A DNA stretch of 50,403 nucleotides from an uncultured Candidatus Saccharibacteria bacterium. Its GTDB lineage: Bacteria; Patescibacteriota; Minisyncoccia; Phycocordibacterales; UBA9973. The stretch spans positions 1 through 50,403 of the forward strand of contig CAYNYY010000003.1 in assembly GCA_964401625.1 (NCBI GenBank). The letters run 5' to 3'. The notes beneath the pieces are model-generated. The model made no database searches and was not told the origin of the DNA. It saw nothing but the letters and a program-made list of their open reading frames with translations. Within the stretch, counting starts at the first letter, position 1, and the number at the start of each line of letters is the position of its first letter. Positions 48,548-50,403 of this stretch are shown here, piece by piece. A program made the translations under genes and the position numbers.

Positions 48548-48883
48548 ATGAGTGATAATGAACATAGATCAAGATTACATATTCACTTAGGGGGTTTATT
48601 TGTTTTGATAATTATTTTCTTATTACTGTTTAAAGTTGATATTCCTTCTGCTATAAATTCCCCTCGATTTCAAAAGAATATTTCTTATATAAAATATCAG
48701 AGCGTAAATATCTGGGATAATTATTTATCTAAACCATTAACAAATAGTTGGGATAAATTATTTAATTCATTAGTTGATAAAGGTATAAATAAAATAAAGA
48801 AAGATGGATTGAATTTTAAGTTACCTAATTTCAACAATACAAATCCGACTCCGATTGTTAACTCGTTTAAAAAAATTAATTAA
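48548..48883 (+). CDS. Hypothetical single-TM protein
   Basis: It has one hydrophobic helix (LFVLIIIFLLLF) and no recognisable motif. It sits directly upstream of the ABC genes. Confidence 0.45.
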   Translation: MSDNEHRSRLHIHLGGLFVLIIIFLLLFKVDIPSAINSPRFQKNISYIKYQSVNIWDNYLSKPLTNSWDKLFNSLVDKGINKIKKDGLNFKLPNFNNTNPTPIVNSFKKIN

Positions 48884-48892
48884 AATAAAATA

Positions 48893-49594
48893 ATGAACAA
48901 TTTACTTTTAGAAGTAAAAAATCTTACTGTTAAATTAGAAGAAAATATTATCCTAGAAAATATCTCTTTCAAGGTAAAAGAAGGGGAGATATTGACAATC
49001 TTAGGACAGAATGGTATAGGGAAAAGTGTTCTCATTAAAGCTCTTTTAGGTTTATTGCCTTATACAGGGGAAATCATTTGGCACCGAAAACCTAAAATTG
49101 GTTATCTTCCCCAAGGCTTAAACCAAATTATGACCAAAGGGTTACCATTAACAGTTCAAGATTTTTTTATGTTAAAAAATTCTTCACCTACAGTTGAATC
49201 AATAATTAAATTTCTGGAATTAGTTGGATTACCAAAAGATATTCTATTAAAAAAAACAGGAGTTCTTTCTAGTGGACAATTTCAAAGAATGCTTGTGGCT
49301 TGGGTTTTAATTTCTCGTCCAGAAGTAATTTTACTTGACGAACCAATAACAGGAATAGATATTGGTGGGGAAGATACTATTTATTCACTTCTAGAACAAA
49401 TCCAAAAAAAACGTAAACTGACTATTTTTATAGTTACCCATGATTTAAATATCGTTTATATCCACTCAACAAATGTTTTATGTTTAAGTCGTGAGAAGCA
49501 TACTTGTTTTGGTCATCCTAAAGAAATTTTGAATTCTGAAATGCTTAAAAATATATTTGGGAGAAATATTAAATTTTATGAACATAATAAATAA
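48893..49594 (+). CDS. ABC transporter ATP-binding protein, metal (ZnuC/MntB-like) type
   Basis: It has Walker A (GQNGIGKS), the signature LSSGQFQR, Walker B (ILLDEP) and an H-loop (VTHD). Confidence 0.85.
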   Translation: MNNLLLEVKNLTVKLEENIILENISFKVKEGEILTILGQNGIGKSVLIKALLGLLPYTGEIIWHRKPKIGYLPQGLNQIMTKGLPLTVQDFFMLKNSSPTVESIIKFLELVGLPKDILLKKTGVLSSGQFQRMLVAWVLISRPEVILLDEPITGIDIGGEDTIYSLLEQIQKKRKLTIFIVTHDLNIVYIHSTNVLCLSREKHTCFGHPKEILNSEMLKNIFGRNIKFYEHNK

Positions 49595-49602
49595 ATTATA
49601 TT

Positions 49603-50370
49603 ATGACTAGTCAAGTAATATTAAGTCTTATAAGTGGTATCCTCATCAGTGGAATTGCAGCTTATTTGGGAACATTAATGCTTTCCAAAAAGATGTCAAT
49701 TATAGCTGGACCTTTAGCTCACTTAGCCTTACCAGGAATAGCCTTAGCAATCTTATATGGATTTGAGATATTTATCGGAGTTTTCCCTTTTGTTATTGTC
49801 GGCGTAATTTTAATTTGGCTTTTAGAACGAAAAACAAAATTACCGATGGAAAATCTAGCGGCCATCATTTTTGCCTTCGGGCTTGGTTCGGCTTTACTCA
49901 TACTACCAATTGATAAAGCCGAGAAAGCTTTCGTTGGAAGTATAAATACAATAAGTTTACCAGAAACACTAGTGGTTATTTTTTTGAGCACTCTTGTATT
50001 TTTCTTAATAAAATCTACTTATAAAAAAATAATGTTATTGAATATTCACGAAGATATAGCTCAAATAGAAGGAGCGAATATTAGTTTATATAATTTTTTA
50101 TATTTATTAAGTATTGCTGTAATAGTTGGATTGGGGGTGTATTTGGTTGGAGGATTAATAACTGCAGCTTTAATAGCAATTCCTGCCGCCTCTGCTAGAA
50201 ATGTTAGTAATAATTTATCATCATATAAATTATGGGCAATCATTTTTGGAATTGTTCCTACAATCGCTGGAATCCTTTTGGCTCCTATCTATAATCTACC
50301 AATTGGACCTGCTATTATTGTTTTCGGAGCTTTAATTTTCCTAGTTACTGTTTTTATCCCTAAAAAATAG
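49603..50370 (+). CDS. ABC-3 family metal transporter permease (ZnuB-like)
   Basis: It is a polytopic 255-aa protein with 7-8 hydrophobic segments and lies adjacent to the ZnuC-like ATPase. Confidence 0.8.
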   Translation: MTSQVILSLISGILISGIAAYLGTLMLSKKMSIIAGPLAHLALPGIALAILYGFEIFIGVFPFVIVGVILIWLLERKTKLPMENLAAIIFAFGLGSALLILPIDKAEKAFVGSINTISLPETLVVIFLSTLVFFLIKSTYKKIMLLNIHEDIAQIEGANISLYNFLYLLSIAVIVGLGVYLVGGLITAALIAIPAASARNVSNNLSSYKLWAIIFGIVPTIAGILLAPIYNLPIGPAIIVFGALIFLVTVFIPKK

Positions 50371-50399
50371 AAGGTAGCAAGAACCGTTCTTGCTACCTT
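50371..50399 (+). terminator. Stem-loop after the permease gene; any T tract lies beyond the window
   Basis: AAGGTAGCAAGAA / CCG / TTCTTGCTACCTT forms a perfect 13-bp stem. Confidence 0.5.
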
Positions 50400-50403
50400 G
50401 GGT

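Noticed and set aside
1-50403. An alternative genetic code (UGA as Gly or Trp), as used by some candidate phyla.
   Set aside because: Conserved genes end at TGA at their expected lengths (for example trpS at 38386-38388 and rseP at 13652-13654). No conserved protein requires read-through of an in-frame TGA.

Overview
This is a gene-dense, AT-rich chromosomal segment (roughly 30% GC by eye) with standard code 11; TAA, TAG and TGA all end long ORFs. There are no rRNA or tRNA genes, no CRISPR array and no transposase. The content is almost entirely housekeeping. It holds a division and wall set (ftsA, ftsZ, mreB, mraY, ftsW, murG, mltG, an M23 peptidase) and a replication and segregation set (priA, dnaB, holB-like, recR, scpAB). 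It also holds the infA-rpmJ-rpsM-rpsK-rpsD-rpoA-rplQ-rplM-rpsI block, the grpE, dnaK and dnaJ chaperones, five aaRS genes (alaS, cysS, trpS, aspS, gltX), typA, frr, rseP, mnmA, trxB, ybeY and a ZnuBC-like ABC pair. Shortened proteins (581-aa AlaRS, 117-aa L13), missing Shine-Dalgarno motifs and very tight gene packing suggest a reduced genome of the Patescibacteria/CPR type; this is an inference, as no marker RNA is present. I found no classical accessory island. The best candidates for undescribed biology are:
- A perfect 38-bp palindrome covering both -35 boxes of divergent promoters for dnaK and a PaaX-like regulator that occupies the usual HrcA/CIRCE position.
- The 450-bp mnmA-alaS spacer, which carries an exact 52-bp inverted copy of an internal aspS segment, degenerate tandem repeats and a perfect 36-bp palindrome.
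- A translationally coupled pair made of a third actin-fold ATPase and a 432-aa membrane-anchored protein.
- A sigma-region-4 plus HARE-HTH fusion followed by a stand-alone membrane module.
- A PriA whose helicase motifs are all degenerate.
- A GC-rich, hairpin-flanked, in-frame insertion in mnmA.
- An autonomous orphan gene at 40033-40926.
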